Shown one piece after another: positions 39,820 to 52,610 of a DNA stretch of 64,000 bases (positions are counted from its first letter, which is position 1; each line of letters starts with the position of its first letter). The stretch lies in the NCBI GenBank assembly GCA_964270895.1, contig OZ185444.1. One strand, 5' to 3'. The translations under genes were made by a program, and so were the position numbers. The notes below the pieces were generated by a model. It was not told where the DNA came from and made no database searches. It saw only the letters and a program-made list of their open reading frames with translations. The stretch is from Podarcis filfolensis. Taxonomy: Eukaryota.

Positions 39820-40020
39820 GTTCTGTTCCAGAAGTCCGTTCAACTTCCAAAACATTCGGAAACCAAAGGGAGGCTTCTGATTGGCTGCAGAAAGCTCCTG
39901 CAGCCAATCGGAAGCCCCGTCGAACATTTGGCTTCCAAAAAGAGTTCACAAACAGAACAGTTTGCATTCAGGAGCCAAAACGTTCAAGAACTAAGTTGTT
40001 CGAAAACCAAGGTACAACTG
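39820..40020. mobile_element. Partial Tigger-type MITE (right end only)
   Basis: Right end aaaccaaggtacaactg followed by ta matches the 22330 element; internal hairpin ggcttctgattggctgcag...ctgcagccaatcggaagcc. Confidence 0.65.
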
Positions 40021-40961
40021 TATTTCCCAGGAAATATTCACCTCAGGTATCTGAGTGGAGGTTGAACTTGGAATAAGCGAATGGACAAATTGCAAATATA
40101 TTTGGCACATCATTCAGATTTGTTATTTGGGTAGAATATTTAGTTGTTGCTTACACAACTGAGGATAGAATAATCCAATCCTAATTATATTTACTTGGAA
40201 GTCCTATGGTTGTCAATGAGCTTAGTTTTCAGAATGAAGTCTGATTAGTTACAATGCAATACAACACACAGGATCACATGAAAATAAACTTTTTGCAGTT
40301 TTGCTATTGTTTCCAGCATTCTATATTTCAATAAAATGAACTTAAACAACAAAAAGAGTCTCATTTCAAAATTCTAGCCATTCCTGTGCTATGTTGCATG
40401 GCGAAGTAAAATATATTCAGTTTAGATTTCTGTAGTCTAACTGTTTCCAAGCAAAGCAGAAGGGTTAAAATTCTGCATTTCTCTTCAAATACAGTATTTA
40501 GCAGTTTCACAGTACTTCCAAGGTCTATTTTGGACACAATCATATGAAAGAAAAATCACAGAAGCTAGACAAACAAGAAGTTGAAGTGCTCTCAGGAAAT
40601 ATTTCCCACCTCTGAACCCATCCAACACATCTCTTCCAAGAAATGTCACCTTTTTGATAGAAAATATGGTATGGGGCAAACTGGTTAAAGCGCAGAAGCA
40701 ATTCAAAATGTGGACCAAAGTTTCCTTTCAGGCTGTTTTTATTCAGCCTATTTTTTAACAGACAAAAGTTAATCTTTAGGACTGCTGGTTTTCAGAAAAG
40801 TAAAAGTAAGATAGCAGAAAGTTCCTAAATAACCGAAACAAAATCTATTGCCGCATACGTTGACTAGGTAGTAGTCGTCCATCTTTTCAGACCCATAATC
40901 TACATCTAGCCCACACAAGCATTTGGGGATGCAATAATTCTTTCTTTTGTAATCATGTATT

Positions 40962-41807
40962 TGTCTGGAGGCGGTTGGAGGATGGATGGCAGCTAACAGA
41001 TTGAGGTTGAATCCTGACAAGACAGAAGTACTGTTTTTGGGGGACGGGAGGCAGGCAGGTGTTGAGGACTCCCTGGTCCTGAATGGGGTAACTGTGCCCC
41101 TGAAGGACCAGGTGCACAGCCTGGGAGTCATTTTGGACTCACAGCTGTCCATGGAGGAGCAGGTCAATTCTGTGTCCAGGACAGCTGTTTACCAGCTCTA
41201 TCTGGTACGCAGGCTGAGACCCTATCTGCCTGTAGGCTGTCTCGCCAGAGTGGTGCGTGCTCTGGTTATCTCTCACTTGGACTACTGCAATGCGCTCTAT
41301 GTAGGGCTACCTCTGAAGGTGACCCGGAAACTACAACTAATCCAGAATGCGGCAGCTAGATTGGTGACTGGGAGCGGCCACTGAGACCGCATAACACCAG
41401 TCTTGAAAGGCCTACATTGGCTCTCAGTATGTTTCCGAGCACAATTCAAAGTGTTGGTGCTGAACTTTAAAGCCCTAAATGACCATCGTTCTACCCGGAA
41501 ACTGAGGTCCAACGCCGAGGGCCTTCTGGCGGTTCCCTCACTGCGAGAAGCCAAGTTACAGGGAACCAGGCAAGGGGCCTTCTTGGTGAAGTCACCCGCC
41601 CTGTGGAACGTCCTCCCACCAGATGTCAAAGAGAACAACAACTACCAGACTTTTAGAAGATATCTGAAGGCAGCCCTGTTAAGGAAGCTTTTAATGTTTG
41701 ATGGGTTACTGTATTTTAATATTTTGTTGGAAGCCGCCCAGAGTGGCTGAGGACGTCCAGCCAGATGGGTGGGGTATAAATAATTTACTATTATTATTAT
41801 TATTATT
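40962..41807 (+). mobile_element. 5'-truncated, defective L2 LINE (end of ORF2, 3' UTR, (TTA)n tail)
   Basis: Encodes WMAANRLRLNPDKTE...LGVILDSQLS...LDYCNALYVGLP...LQLIQNAAARL, typical of L2 ORF2 C-termini; premature TGA at 41382-41384. Confidence 0.9.
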
Positions 41808-44800
41808 TCGTGGTATTGCTGTCATAGTTGCAACCAACAACCAGAGTCTACTTCATTAGATTTGTGAAACACTATCCTCAATTATACCAATTATATGTAA
41901 TTGCCAGAGAGGAAAAGTTGTGAACAGTAGTGCCAAAAGGCCATGAAATGCAACTAATAACTATGGGTCACTTTCCTGTTTCATTACCATCCTGCAACTT
42001 TGACTGCTTTACAGGCAGTCCACTGTTTACGCGGGGGTTATATTCTGAGGCACTGCACACGTTGCGTATAACTGAAACCTATTGACAAAGCCTGCAAACA
42101 ACCCGTTCCACCTCATCCTTTTAATGGCATCTTTATGACATTTCCGGGTCATTTCTGGATTCTGTGATGCGCATATACATGGTAGCGCACATATAAAACA
42201 TGCCCCTTTCCCTAATCGCCACCAACCTCATTTCAGAAAGCAGGGAAGCTCAGAAAAGGGCAGGTTCATGTGAGACACTAAATGTGCCCCAAGTGAAACC
42301 AGTTATCAGAAAGTGAGTTACTGCCACTGGTGGTGACTAGGATCTGCCTCCAAGTGATTAGATGCCAAGTCAGAACCAAAAATTTTCATTACACTTCTCA
42401 GCATGAGTTTATTCCTTTAAAAGTTAAATCTACTGGATATGTTCAATTCAGTGCTAACCAAACTAAGTTAGAGCTAGTACTTTATACCAGATGACTCCTG
42501 CTTTGTTGTGCAGAGAGCTCTGCAGTCAATACCTTTTTTGCAAATCAAGTCCCAGTAAATTAAGAAAGTGACTAGTCTGCAGACAGTCCATGCATGCAAG
42601 TCTTTATCAACAGGAGATAACAGCTCCTTCCAAAGACACTGCCCTTTACAAGAGGCTGAGACTCAGAGAAAGCTATGAACCAAATCCTAACTAGTTGCCT
42701 GCAGTAGCTGCTGCTGCCTTAAGAGAAAATAGCCTGGAAACTACTTTTATAAGGGGCTTATTCAAAGGCTGTACAAGACTGCTTATGATTACCTGGTGAA
42801 TTGAAACTAGTACAAATGACCCATAACTTCTCATGTTCTTGGGATGAGTAAAAGCAAAGTCCTGCACATTATTCTTTAAGGGGAGAAAGATATGGATGTT
42901 CAACAGCAAAACCTCAGAAAGTTCTGTTTTGCCTTTGGTCATTTAGGATCTATGAACAGAAACCAGATTCGAGCATCTCCTATGCAAATGACATGATTTT
43001 TCAGTATGTTCCTCTGAAGTTTCACCGAAACAAAGCAGAAGCCTATTGCTTCTCTCAAGGTTTTTTTTTTTAAGTTCCCCAATCATAGAGCAATGAGAGG
43101 TTACTTGTATTTTCTAGATTCCCCCCCAAAAAACTTCTTTTTTACATCAACTATAAATTGACTGCTAAGCTCCTAATGAAGGGCTAATCAGGAAACTGTT
43201 AACTTATCAGCAAGCTTCTTGCATATACATTCAACTCAGCATGGAAATTTGATAAGACTCCTGGTCCTACTCTTACATCTCTAGGGCTACTACATATCTG
43301 ACAGCTAAGGATAATACCATGCATTTCATAAAGTGGGCTCTGATACATAAAAGCCTATGGGACAACAGGTTTTACTGTGCAATTATATGTCTTACAGTCA
43401 AATGTGTTCAGGATTACAGCAGGACTAGCTCTGGTGGGCTGCCTAACAAGCTTACCTGGTGGTTTGAGCCATTTAAACATTTATCACAATGCCCAGCAGC
43501 ACCTGATTTAGTGCTGAGCGTCTATTGCAACTTTAGTCTTTCAGGTGCCACAACTAAGTAAATTTTGCTGCTCCCTTGCAAAACAAATGCTTTAACACTA
43601 AATATAACTTAGTAAGTAAAAGCTTGTTCTTCAATCATCCACATACTACAGATGAATTGTCATTGTGATCCAAAACTCAGTGTTTTATTTTATTTGGAGG
43701 GATGCTTCACCTACAATGCATATCGCTCTGATTATTTATGCAGCTACTAGTTCGATTTTATACACCTAGAGTATTGAATGCTTCCAATTCCTACAACATA
43801 CTTAGAAATATGTTTTCTACAGGGTCTAGTATAAACTTTTGCATTAGTATTGATCAGTGATAAATGAGATTGGTTTAGGAAAGTCTGTCAAACATATTTC
43901 TAGTGACTTGTTAACAATTAGTCTGCCCCCATCTGCAAACTGTTTAGCTTTTGTTTGGATGACATGATAGTACTGATGATACTAATGATGTAAAAAGCTT
44001 TAAAAAGCAGTCTTAAGTGTTTGAAACACACTGAGACTCCACCATTTGGAAGTAGATACGCTATTTACGGTGCCACAATTTAATAGTGTTGTGAAGCACT
44101 ATTTTAATCATATTTACTTGGCATTAAGGCACCACTGATTTCACTGGCACTTACTTCGATATGTGAGTTTTCAGGGATTGCAACTTAGTATTCTTCTGTA
44201 TTGTTTAATAGTTACCTTACAATTGCTAAAATCCAGTGATACATGCATGCACACTGAAATAAGGACATCAAGAGCTACACTCTATAAAACTAGCTTACAT
44301 TTTTCAACTCCCTACATTAGAAAACAGTAAGGAACATTGGACATTAAATTGCTTATAAAAATATTATAATTCTGCCAGAACTACTTGCTCTATTTCCAAT
44401 GGCCAAATGTCTGTAGTCCGAAACTAAAGCTCCATGGCTTATTACCACCATTTCTGCTGGGCTCCCAGGTCAAAGGTATTCACCACTGGGGAAATGGTCT
44501 CTAGGCTCAACGGCTTGCTATGAAAAAAGACAAGAACCCTCTGCCACCTCTCCCCAGTGCTCCTGATCCCAAGGACAATGGCAAGGTATTCCTGCTATGT
44601 GGTGAAAGCGACAGGAGAAGTAAAGAGGAGTACAGAGATTGGTCTCCTCCACTATCCACTTTACCTGCAGTCTTAACTCTCCTGACATGAAGGGAACTAC
44701 CAGCATTGGTGCCAAAGGAGTGAGAAAGAAAAAGATGAACAACTATTCCTTATACACAAGGTTGGTGAATGCACTACAGCCCATTATGTGTGTGTGTGTT

Positions 44801-47800
44801 GCCAGTGGTACAATAGTAACTATTAGTTTACAGTAGCTTTCTATTCCCATCTTTCACAGAGAAAGCTAAAACGTATACTAAATAACTTATACTTTGCAGT
44901 CATCTAAACTTTCCCATTTTGTTCTACCTTTTCCAGCTCATTCTTATGGATTTTGCAGCTGGGATATACTGTTTCCAATAACCTCTGAAACAAACTGATA
45001 TCAAAAGAATGATTGAAGTGATTTGTTCTAAATTAGGCACACATACACCAAATTAAGTATGAAATACAAATCATACTTCAGTCATTTGAAAGTATGCTTA
45101 TTTGTCAGAAGAAAAACACAACTTTGAACATGACTGAGTATAATGCTATACATTTTGAAGATCAGAATAATAATTCTAGTTAGGTACACAGACAGAGAAA
45201 TAAGCATACAACAAGAAGTTTAATGCACAAACAGAAAAGTAAGGCTAATGAGATTTAACGACAAGGATTTATGATACTGGAATTAATACATCTCAAAGGT
45301 AAGGGGTTTCTGTGTTTTTCAAACAGGAGATCCTACTCCATTCCAAAATCGATTTGAAACTGAGGGACAGTTCAAAAGCACATAGGTGCAGTAAAAAAAT
45401 TCCATAAAGGCCTTGAGTATGCTTAAAGCACCTATTTGGGTCCTGACATAGAATCTGAATAGCTGTGTATCTGCAAAGCTATTCTGAATGTACACTGCAC
45501 ACATTTAGTTTTGCCTGTTGCTGCAAAGTAGCCAAGATGACAGAAACAAATTGTTTGTGTAAAATGATAGTCTGTAAAATCAGTCACATACCAAACAGAA
45601 GCAGCAGGTTTAAAATGCAGGTCCGTTACCTACTTTCTGCCTCATTTCCCAACATCAGCACTGTATGTATCTGGATGATATTCCAATTTTTACTCAAGAG
45701 TTCTTTACATACCTAACCTTCAGAAAGACAACTGAAATGCAACCTTATAGGTTTACACTAACTAAAATTCTCAAATGTGTATTTCATTTCACAAAACACA
45801 ACTAAATTAAAACATATACTGTAGGTTTAATAAGAGCTTTCATAACACAATGCACTACTTTATGGATATGGCATACAGTAGTTGTGTTCTCTCTCAATGC
45901 AGCACATGCTTGTGTTGTGTTCTAACCTGTGTTTTCAGCTGAGCTCATACAGGACCACACAACTTTGTTATAATCAAATAATGAAAAGACATCTCCTTCC
46001 ACTCAATATGAAAGCTATTAATAATACTATAGCAAAACTCATTTGTTTGAGGAAAGCGGGAAGCACCGTATTCCGGAGTTCTGATAGCAGTCAATACAGG
46101 CAATGTGGGAATTCTAAGCAATAATACTGCTGTTCAGCATACACACAGAAAAGCTGCACAAATTGCCAACTTTATTCTTATGGCAATGCCATATCTAGAA
46201 ATGTTTCTATTTATCAACAGTCTTTCTTCTCCAACATTAGTATCTCCATATACTCTAATGATTTCAGCATTAATATGAAGTATTCTACAACTATATATGC
46301 TTTAAAACTTGTATTAAATATGTTTTAAGGCATCAGAACAAGAACACAGAAATAAGGCAGCTAGGGCTTCTATTAGCTAGAAAAAGATGCAGCACTGTGA
46401 CGCAGCATTATAGGGGGGAAGACCACTAGTTTGTTTCCAAAATGAGGTTTACTACCATACCACATGTTAGTATATTTTAAATTACTTCTCTGCATGTCCA
46501 TATTCTGAACACATAAAGTAAGAGTCACTATCATATTTCCACATTCTAAATATGAAGTAATGTATCTGTACAATCTAACCTCTAGATAAAGTACTTCTGG
46601 AGATTAAATTTGACTAGCCCTGGTTGCAGTATGCTGAATATACTTAGCATTTCTCCAAACACAGCTAAATTAACGTTACACTTAACATCTCCAGTTGACT
46701 AGTATTTCACTGAGGATTCAATCAAAATAGGCATTATAGATCATTTATTACTAGTCAATAATTACCTTTTTAAAGGAGGTAACAAGCCTAGTAAACAAAC
46801 CAAGTAACCATTACAAGACACTAAGATTTGTCTAGTATACTTCTCAAATAAGGTAGGAAGATATGTGATAGCTTACCAATATTATAAAAGAACAAAACAA
46901 CTAAAATATGCTTACTGGATATTAAGAGTAATGCAATTCTCATAGGCAAAGGAATCATTCACTGAACACAACTACATAAAGGATGCAATCTTGAGCATAT
47001 TCACTGTAATCCTAACCCCTGTAATCTGGGAGTAAACTCCATTTAGTTCAATAAGACTTCTGAGTAGACATGGTTAGGAATCTCAAAATAGGACTTACTT
47101 CTGAGTAAATATGTGCAAGATTGCACTGACTTTAAGCACAGGCATGTCCACTCAAAAATTCAAACTACTCTTACAGTGTGCATAGGGTTGCAGGCTTTAA
47201 GATTTAACTACATAGCTTCGTTCTGTCTAAGAGAATGACCTGACATGAATCTAAATACCACTCTGTAGCATAGTATGCAGAAATGAGTATATACTGCATT
47301 ACCTATGTAGTATTTGCTTTTTGGCCAGAGCTTCTAATTCTGCTTACCAGTACAATGGAACCTGTTGATTTTCAGATAAGTGCAATATCCCAATAAATGG
47401 TGTAATTAATGCTGCTTCATTTGAAATCAAGTTCCTAAACTTACTACAGTGCTCTTAAGGAGAGTGGATTCAAGAAAAAACATTGCTCAGCACCAAATGC
47501 TTAAAACAGCTTTCTGAATTATGCTAAACCAACCAGAATTCAAACTAAAAGACAAGAAAATGAAAACAACTTGTTATGCATCAAATAATATCAGCCATTT
47601 CCCCCCTGACTTCATATATGAAGTAGTGCTAACAAGTTCAATGTACAAAACTGGCTACCATCACTAACCACAATGCCCAGATATGTGGCTGAAGAGCTCC
47701 TCTCCTCTAATAAAGTAAGTTAAGAACTACTGCACTGTTTGATTACTTACTCCCCATACCTATACCTTCAGAAAAGCAATACCAGTACTTGTATAGCCAG

Positions 47801-48664
47801 TTGCATTCTACAGTGATTTAGTTCCCTGAACTTCTAAAACAACCAGTAAACGTTTGTTACCAAATGAACACCTGTAACTTGCATCCATAATTTCTAAGGA
47901 GTTCTAGAGTTCTAACTAGCTGGCTTTTACGAACCTCAAGAAATATCATATTAAAATACAGACAGAAGAGTTCAGAATAGTTGTACTCATCCTCACACAT
48001 GCAGAGAGACTATATGGGAATTTCAGACATTTTGGTCTCAAAGCAAGGAAGTAGAAGATGCAAAAGAAAAAGGTGGCTCCATAGTTTCTCAAGGCAAATC
48101 AGGTGAACTATTTAACAAAATGTCAAGACAAACATTATTCGCCAATTAATATTACGACTCTTGACCAAACAGAAATGTTGGCATTTAAGAACGCTTTGTG
48201 GTTATGAAAGAAATGGTGGAGGAAACAAACTATCCATCATAATACTGCTCAGAGAAAAAAAAATTTCAAGACTGAATGCCTCATCTTTAAAAAGCAAGAT
48301 TTTACAAAAATCAGGACTCTACATGCACAAAAATGTAGATAACAGTTGTGTAATGATTTACACTATAACTAGAGTTTAGGATTGTTGGTGTTTTTTTAAC
48401 AAAGGTTTCATTTGCTGCAGAACAGTGAAACGGGCAAGCAAGTAACACAGACATGCTTATAGCCCCTTCAATGAAAGGGCAGCAGCAGCAATTAAACACC
48501 CAATGTGATTAATGCAGCAAGGTGCAGAGAAAAGTAGGTACACAGAAAGGCAAAAAGAGAGAGTATAAGAAGGGTACTAGACAACAGACTGTGCAAAACA
48601 TGGGGACATTCAAGAGGAAAGGAAGGGACCCATATGCAGTGAGGTAAAAGCAAGAGAGACTGAC

Positions 48665-48758
48665 CTGTGCCATCGCTTGCAGAGACAGAGAGCGCCGGTG
48701 AGGAGAGTTTAGGCCTCTTGGCTGAAGGCGGGCCCGACTCCACCACATTCTCGGCCAT
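48665..48758 (-). CDS. EP300: EP300 coding part of exon 1 (94 nt), MAENVVESGPPSAKRPKLSSPALSVSASDGT(D)
   Basis: Start context GAATTAAAAATGGCC, in-frame TAA 5 codons upstream, donor GCACAG|gtcagt; NLS-like AKRPK. Confidence 0.98.
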
Positions 48759-50275
48759 TTTTAATTCTTTTTAGACAAACAGAGCCCAAATTAAAGATGG
48801 GGTTCGTCAAAGTCGTCAGCCTTCTTCTTGGATCCGGAATCAACCGAACAACAGTAAGAGAAGGAACTGAAGAAGAAAGGGACAAAGTTCCTCTTTTTCT
48901 GCCCCTCGGGATCTATCTCTGTTGGGTAGCAGCGACTAAGGGGGAACAGAGATGGGAAATAGGGTGTGGAAGCAGTCTTTCCTCCGGCCCACAGGGAAAA
49001 ACAAGGATGAAAAGAACAGAACAAACCCTTCTCCAAACACAAATATGCGGGGTTGGTGGGTTTACAAATCGAATTAAATCCGGCTGTGGGGCTGCTGGTG
49101 CTTCCTCGCCGCCGCCAACACCACCATCTTCATCCTCCGGGGGGTCGTCGTCTTCTCCTCCTCCTGCTGCCTCTTCGCCGCCGCCATCAACCTCTTCCTC
49201 CTCGGCGTCGTCCTCCTCCTCCTCATCGCCACAAGGAGGCGGGCGAAGGAGGAGAGGAGAAAAAAAGGAGAAAGAATCTCTCTCCTCTGCTCGCAGTTCC
49301 TTCCCTCTCCTTCCAAAAACCAGCTTGCAATGCGGGGGGGGGGGGGGAGAGAAATGCCCACTGCTAGTGGAAAAGGGACTGGGGAAGGGGGTCACAGACG
49401 GAGCGTGTCGAGGGTCCCCAACTCCCCCTGCGCCTTTCTCGCCAGTCACTAATGGCTGCAGAAAGGGGAGCCGTAAGGAGGAGGAGGAGGATGAAGCTAA
49501 GTCCCAGGAGTCTCCGCTTCACATCTTGTTGTGCAGGAACAAGGAGGCGGAGGAGGGGTTGTTGTCCCGATGGAGGCAGCAGAGATCCCGGGATGGGGGC
49601 TGGAGAGGGTGGGCTTCAGGACTCGCACCCCGCGCCCCCACCTTTTCTTCCTTTCTTTCTCTGTAGCAGGGTGCCCCCCTTCTGGTCAGATGGAGGGATC
49701 GATCCCAGAGCAGGAGGAGGAGAAAGCAGCGGCGGCGGCCCCTCCCCCCCTTCTCTCTGCCTCTTCCCCCTCCCTGGGGGATAAGGATGGTTGCGAGCGC
49801 TTGGTCTGCGGAGAGGACAAGACTCTCCTCGGAACCGAAGACGCGATGCCTCAGGCGTTCCTGGAGCGGCTCCGTCTCATGTCCGCCATGTAGGACCTGG
49901 GGAAGAGGGAAGGGGGGGCGCAGAGAAAAGAAACAGCTTTCCAAACCGGAGCCAGGCGGCCTCCTGACCCCGCGAACGGGCTCAGTAGCCAGGAGAGGCT
50001 GTGGGTGGGGTCCACCCGGGGTCCCGAGTCACTAGCCGAAGCCGGCAGTGCGTACTCCCCTACTGGCTGCGAGGCTGGGGTAGGGGGTGTATCACGGAGG
50101 TTTCGGGTTCCCTCAGGTCTGGCCGGCCAGGGGCCCTGAGCGGCTGTCGGTCTCTGTCGTTGCTTTTCCACCTCCCAGGCTCTACCCGCCCAGCTCGGTC
50201 CCTCTCGTTCGCTCCCTCCCCTCAGTCGCTCACACACAAACAAAATGGCGGCTGTTGTTTCTTCACTCTCCCGAT
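48759..50275 (-). other. EP300: Putative long EP300 5' leader (~1.5 kb)
   Basis: Blocks GAAGAAACAACAGCCGCCATTTTGTTTGTGTG and CGCCTCCTTGTGGCGATGAG...GAGGTTGATGGCGGCGGCG resemble the human EP300 leader as recalled; the exact TSS is not observable. Confidence 0.6.
49074..49226 (-). CDS. Candidate upstream ORF, 50 aa, MRRRRTTPRRKRLMAAAKRQQEEEKTTTPRRMKMVVLAAARKHQQPHSRI
   Basis: ATG in GTGGCGATGA (G at -3), three further in-frame ATGs, TAA at 49076-49074. Translation not demonstrated. Confidence 0.5.
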   Translation of the reverse strand: MRRRRTTPRRKRLMAAAKRQQEEEKTTTPRRMKMVVLAAARKHQQPHSRI

Positions 50276-50830
50276 TCCTCAGAGGGAAGCGAGCGGCGGC
50301 GGCCGGAAATGAGCCAAGAGAAAAAAGGGGCGTGGCCAGAAAAAGGAGAGGCGGGGACGCACGCAGCTCGCACACACAATGGAACGCGGAGGGCCGAGGA
50401 GGGGGAGAACCCGAGGCGGGGTCAGCTGCGGTCACGAGACTTGCTCAGCCACTCGCCTTGCGCTCCCGGAGCGATCCCTTCCGCAAACTCTCTCGCCTCC
50501 GCCTCTTAAAGGGGAAGGAGAAGCTGCTCGCCCGCTTCCCTCCGCCTTTACTTGTGTTTTCTGTCGGCCAAAATAGACCGCGAGGTTGCTGCTTGGGACA
50601 GGCCTATTGTAATGGGGGAAGGGGGGGGGGCGCTGAGCTTGTGTACTCTGGACCTGGCATTGCCCACGATACGCATCGGAAGCCCTCCGTAGGAAGACAG
50701 GCCCTGGCTCCTCGCTTCCCTCCTTTGCTGCTGCAAAGACAGCGGCCCAGAGTCACAGCCGAGGGGTGGTTTGGTGGGGGGCGGCGGAAGAGAGCAGGGT
50801 TTGGCCGGCCTTCTAGCTTCTCATGTACGG
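49080..50830. promoter_or_regulatory. CpG island over the EP300 promoter and leader
   Basis: Sharp rise in GC and CpG against the AT-rich, CpG-poor intron 1. Confidence 0.9.
50241..50425. promoter_or_regulatory. Core promoter motifs: YY1-like CAAAATGGCGGC (50241-50252), ETS-like CCGGAAAT (~50303), GC boxes (~50328, ~50349, ~50413)
   Basis: Motif matches by eye; no TATA box seen; consistent with a housekeeping CpG-island promoter. Confidence 0.6.
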
Positions 50831-52610
50831 TGCAGGCACACACACACCGATGTGATGAGGACGACGACTCAGGGTGTACGTGCACATATAGACATAGGAC
50901 ATGAGCCGTAACCTGTGATAGTATGAGAACAAAATCACCACACAGCCTCAAGGTGGAGGCGCAGAGGTCTTTTTATCAAGCGATCTTGCACAATTGCATT
51001 TTCCTGCCAGCATCCATGTCTTTTCCTCGTAAAGAAGGAAAATTCACTGCGGGGGGAGGGCTTTATTACGCGAAAAGACGTGGGGTAGCATTGTGCTGGG
51101 ACCGATACGTATTCCCTGTAATGCCGCGAGTCTGGTTTATAACGCTACGCCTATGTTTTTATCGTGATTTGCCACCGCGCTCTTTCGTACAAGAATCCAT
51201 AATGCTCTCTTAAGGCAGGGATGGGGTGGGGGATCACAGTAAAGTAATGTATAGACTAGGAGAGCCTTCCGTCGTTCGGTATGTTGTGTGTATACACATG
51301 AGCCTTTCTCTGCAGACCCCCGGGAGAAACAGCAGCACCTTCCTCACATATTCCTTTGTAAAACGTAGAGAAGCGAGAGGGTTCCGTGTTCTTTCCTTTC
51401 CCTCTTCGTAGGAGAGATGAACAATCAGTTCACAAGACCACTGGACACATGGCTTGCTTTTTCTAGCTTGCTTTTTTATAAGTGCCTGTAGGAAACGCCT
51501 CACCTGAGCAGCGCACATACTGTAATATGGAATGCCTGCTACGTTCACTTTTCCAAGGGTTTTCTGGTCTGTGCTTGCGACAGACAGTTCTGTTAGTCCG
51601 TTCATCACAATAATTGTTTTATTAAGGTTAAAAGGACAGAGCAAATCAGAGCATTCCACCACTTGTGTGAATTGGTCTTTATATGACACTTGTAGTGGAC
51701 TGGACTACTAAAAGTGATCCATAAGGTTACTTACGATATAGTGACATAGAAGGGTTGTAAAATCCAGGCAACTGTGGCCCGGACCTAGTTGCTGAAAAGG
51801 ACAGGAAGGTACGTCTCTCCTCGGGTATGTGCTACTACACAGAACACCGAAGGACAGCAGGATTGTGGAATACCACTGCTGTCTCTTGCTCCTTTTGTCT
51901 GTGCTTCTTTCCCCATCCCAGTTATTTCTCTCAAGCCTATTTTCAGTGAAGCTCAACTTACGTTGCTCTCAAACTTTTATGGAGATGTGTGAGCAGCACA
52001 AGCAGGAGCCAGAAAATCATCTTCAGTAAGAGGGAAGATACAGAGACAAACCCAAGCAAGAATACTGACACATCACTCCCTTTCGGTCTAGTCCTAGTAC
52101 AGCTTGCAGGTCCTAAATTTTCTGTTTCGTTTAATGTATCTGCTGCTTTTCCACAGTGGACTGTGCCCAAAGCAGCTCACAATAAGCACCAGATAACAGA
52201 AAAGACCATTAAAACAATTCACAACAAATTTAAATAAGGGGGAAATGAACCATTCTTCCTCAAATTATTTTGCATGCAAAAAATAATGTCCATCTTCATA
52301 GACAGTTCCTTAAATGTGTTTGTGGGTGTACCAAATAGAAAGACTTGTGAAAACTTATCTCCTGCCAAAGTCCTATGGTCACCATCCATTGACTGTTCTT
52401 CTGAAGAATGTCGGGATATCAGAAAGTTTTGTCAAAAGTATTTGCGCTCTTGGTAATCCACTGTCTGTGAAGCATTCAACTGATCTCATAATTAGGAAAA
52501 AATAATACCTGGTCTGCTTCACCCAAACTGCACAAAACTTTAGCACACCAGACAGTAAAACAGTGGTACATTATGGCACAGTAAAAGAATACTACCATAC
52601 CTGGGCTTGG

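Noticed and set aside
40986-41750. A host gene or active retrotransposon ORF
   Set aside because: 5'-truncated L2 with a premature stop and a broken frame.
42010-42200. Possible further Tigger-type MITE
   Set aside because: Only a left-end-like motif; no matching right TIR or TA found.
49230-49310. Orthologue of the human miR-1281 hairpin in the EP300 leader
   Set aside because: Only a pyrimidine-rich tract is present; no pairing arm found.
48913-49449. Acidic frame DEEEEDDAEEEEVDGGGEE as an N-terminal extension of p300
   Set aside because: It starts at GTG, is out of frame with the main ATG and stops at 48913; the main frame also has a TAA just upstream of its ATG.
48797-50904. Long ORFs in the CpG island (289 aa +, 219 aa +, 194 aa -, and others)
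   Set aside because: Low complexity, overlapping in several frames, no domain similarity; expected where high GC makes stop codons rare.
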